This document shows positions 61,806 to 64,000 of a stretch of 64,000 bases of DNA, one piece after another. Numbering within the stretch: position 1 is the first letter of the stretch; the number at the start of each line of letters is the position of its first letter. The stretch comes from Macrostomum lignano (Eukaryota). The DNA lies in contig NIVC01000911.1 in assembly GCA_002269645.1 (NCBI GenBank), positions 124,001 through 188,000 on the forward strand, given 5' to 3'. A program made the position numbers and the translations under genes. Under the pieces are notes generated by a model, which was not told the origin of the DNA, did no database searches, and was given only the letters and a program-made list of their open reading frames with translations.

Positions 61806-63470
61806 CTTGGATTTGAGGGCGATTCTTTGTGTGGATTTGAGGGCGATTCTTGATGGGAATTTGAGGCCGATTCTTGATGGGGATTTAAGGGCGATTCTTG
61901 ATGGGAATTTGAGGGCGATTCTTGATGGGGATTTAAGGGAGATTCTTGATGGGGATTTAAGGGCGATTCTTGATGGGAATTTGAGGCCGATTCTTGATGG
62001 GGATTTAAGGGCGATTCTTGATGGGAATTTGAGGGAGATTCTTGATGGGGATTTGAGGGAGATTCTTGATGGGGACTTGAGGGCGATTCTTGATGGGGGC
62101 TTGAGGGAGATTCTTGATGGGGACTTGAGGGCGATTCTTGATGGGGACTTGAGGGAAATTCTTGATGGGGGCTTGAGAGAGATTCTTGATAGGGGCTTGA
62201 GGGAGATTCTTGATGGGGGCTTGAGGGCGATTCTTGATGGGGGCTTGAGGGAGATTCTTGATGGGGGCTTGAGGGCGATTCTTGATGGGGACTTGAGGGA
62301 AATTCTTGATAGGGGCTTGAGGGAGATTCTTGATAGGGGCTTGAGGGAGATTCTTGATAGGTGCTTGAGAGAGATTCTTGATGGGGGCTTGAGGGAGATT
62401 CTTGATGGGGATTTGAGGCCGATTGTTGATGGGGATTTGAGGGCGATTCTTGATGGGGATTTGAGGCCGATTCTTGATGGGGATTTGAGGCCGATTCTTG
62501 ATGGGAATTTGAGGCCGATTCTTGATGGGGATTTGAGGGCGATTCTTGATGGAGATTTGAGGCCGATTCTTGATGGGGATTTGAGGGCGATTCTTGATGG
62601 GGATTTGAGGGCGATTCTTGATGGGGACTTGAGGGAGATTCTTGATAGGGGCTTGAGGGAGATTCTTGATGGGGGCTTGAGGGAGATTCTTGATGGGGAC
62701 TTGAGGGAGATTCTTGATGGGGGCTTGAGGGCGATTCTTGATGGGGATTTGAGGCCGATTCTTGATGGGGATTTAAGGGAGATTCTTGATGGGGATTTAA
62801 GGGAGATTCTTGATGGGGACTTGAGGGAGATTCTTGATAGGGGCTTGAGGGAGATTCTTGATGGGGGCTTGAGGGAGATTCTTGATGGGGACTTGAGGGA
62901 GATTCTTGATGGGAATTTGAGGCCGATTCTTGATGGGGATTTAAGGGCGATTCTTGATGGGAATTTGAGGCCGATTCTTGATGGGGATTTAAGGGCGATT
63001 CTTGATGGGAATTTGAGGGCGATTCTTGATGGGGGCTTGAGGGAGATTCTTGATGGGGACTTGAGGGAGATTCTTGATAGGGGCTTGAGGGAGATTCTTG
63101 ATGGGGGCTTGAGGGAGATTCTTGATGGGGACTTGAGGGAGATTCTTGATAGGGGCTTGAGGGAGATTCTTGATAGGGGCTTGAGGGAGATTCTTGATGG
63201 GGGCTTGAGGGAAATTCTTGATGGGGGCTTGAGGGAGATTCTTGATGGGGACTTGAGGGCGATTCTTGATGGAGATTTGAGGCCGATTTTTGATGGGGAT
63301 TTAAGGGAGATTCTTGATGGGGATTTGAGGCCGATTCTTGATGGGGATTTGAGGCTGATTCTTGATGGGGATTTAAGGGAGATTCTTGATGGGGATTTGA
63401 GGCCGATTCTTGATGGGGATTTGAGGGAGATTCTTGATGGGGATTTGAGGGAGATTCTTGATTTGGACTT
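61806..63470 (-). repeat. 24-bp minisatellite, reverse complement of 57436-58697: (CTTGATGGGGATTTGAGGGCGATT)n, about 69 units
   Basis: Direct reading; extra variants such as GGGGCTTGAGGGAGATT. Confidence 0.95.
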
Positions 63471-64000
63471 AAGGGGGATTTTTGATAGGAATTCGATGGG
63501 ACTTTCTAAGTACTATTGATCTTCAAAGTTTTTAAATTTAAATTTTAGTCTCTAACTATAACAAGCTTGTTACTGACCAAAACTTTCATCACAAATATTT
63601 TTCCTAAATTCGGAATAAGATATTTTATGAAAGTGATGCAAATAGTCTCATTCTGTATCCTTTTTGCGTTTGCCTTCTTGTCATGGAATTTGTGTGTTTG
63701 TTTTGCTTATTTAAACTGTTTTGGTTTGGTGTTTACTTCAATTCATGTAATATAGAGCAGCTCCAGCAAGGTTTTGTGTTTTCATTTAGTTCATCAAGCA
63801 ACAAATGAGAAAGCTCACTTGTGTTGTGTCTTCATAGCATGTGTTCTGTCTGTTTTTTCCTGTCTCAAAGTTTTCTTTTCTGTCAAGGATTACTTTTTAT
63901 CAATATATTATTTAACATGCTAAATGGATACAGATTGCCACTTGTCTGTGCCGCGTTTTCTCTTATCGGAATTTAAAACAAACCGAGCCGTTTTTTTGTT

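Noticed and set aside
57390-63519. Long ORFs 57390..58745(-), 57404..58720(+), 60116..60730(+) and 61807..63519(+) as repeat proteins
   Set aside because: They are translations of 24- and 33-bp minisatellites whose unit is a multiple of 3 and stop-free. They are open on both strands and have no unique domain.

Overview
AT-rich animal genomic DNA with GT-AG introns, not prokaryotic. The intronic minisatellites, interstitial TTAGGG and splice-acceptor-to-start geometry suggest a free-living flatworm such as Macrostomum (inference only). There are two clusters of co-oriented + strand housekeeping genes: SGTA, ARFRP1 and a sphingosine kinase (8.8-17.8 kb), then a 64-aa LYR microprotein, a DUF1295 steroid-reductase-like gene and Derlin-1 (53.9-61.7 kb). 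Many of their introns and spacers carry 20-33 bp minisatellites. Between the clusters lie four main elements: (i) a 1.46-kb P-superfamily element with ~153-bp TIRs, an 8-bp TSD and an intact THAP-only ORF; (ii) a 3-exon, ~1228-aa gene fusing ~14 ankyrin-type repeats to a Mab-21/cGAS-like nucleotidyltransferase with its acidic triad apparently intact, the best candidate for an undescribed immune sensor; (iii) a 14.7-kb nest in which a Gypsy element holds a BEL/Pao element, itself holding a 2.2-kb solo-LTR-like insert, plus an RTE fragment; (iv) a 3.8-kb TIR element with a 4-bp TSD. The first 7 kb hold relics of an R1/LOA-like LINE and a CMC/EnSpm transposase, plus a hAT-type MITE. All exon boundaries, TSDs and repeat counts were read by eye; no searches were run.
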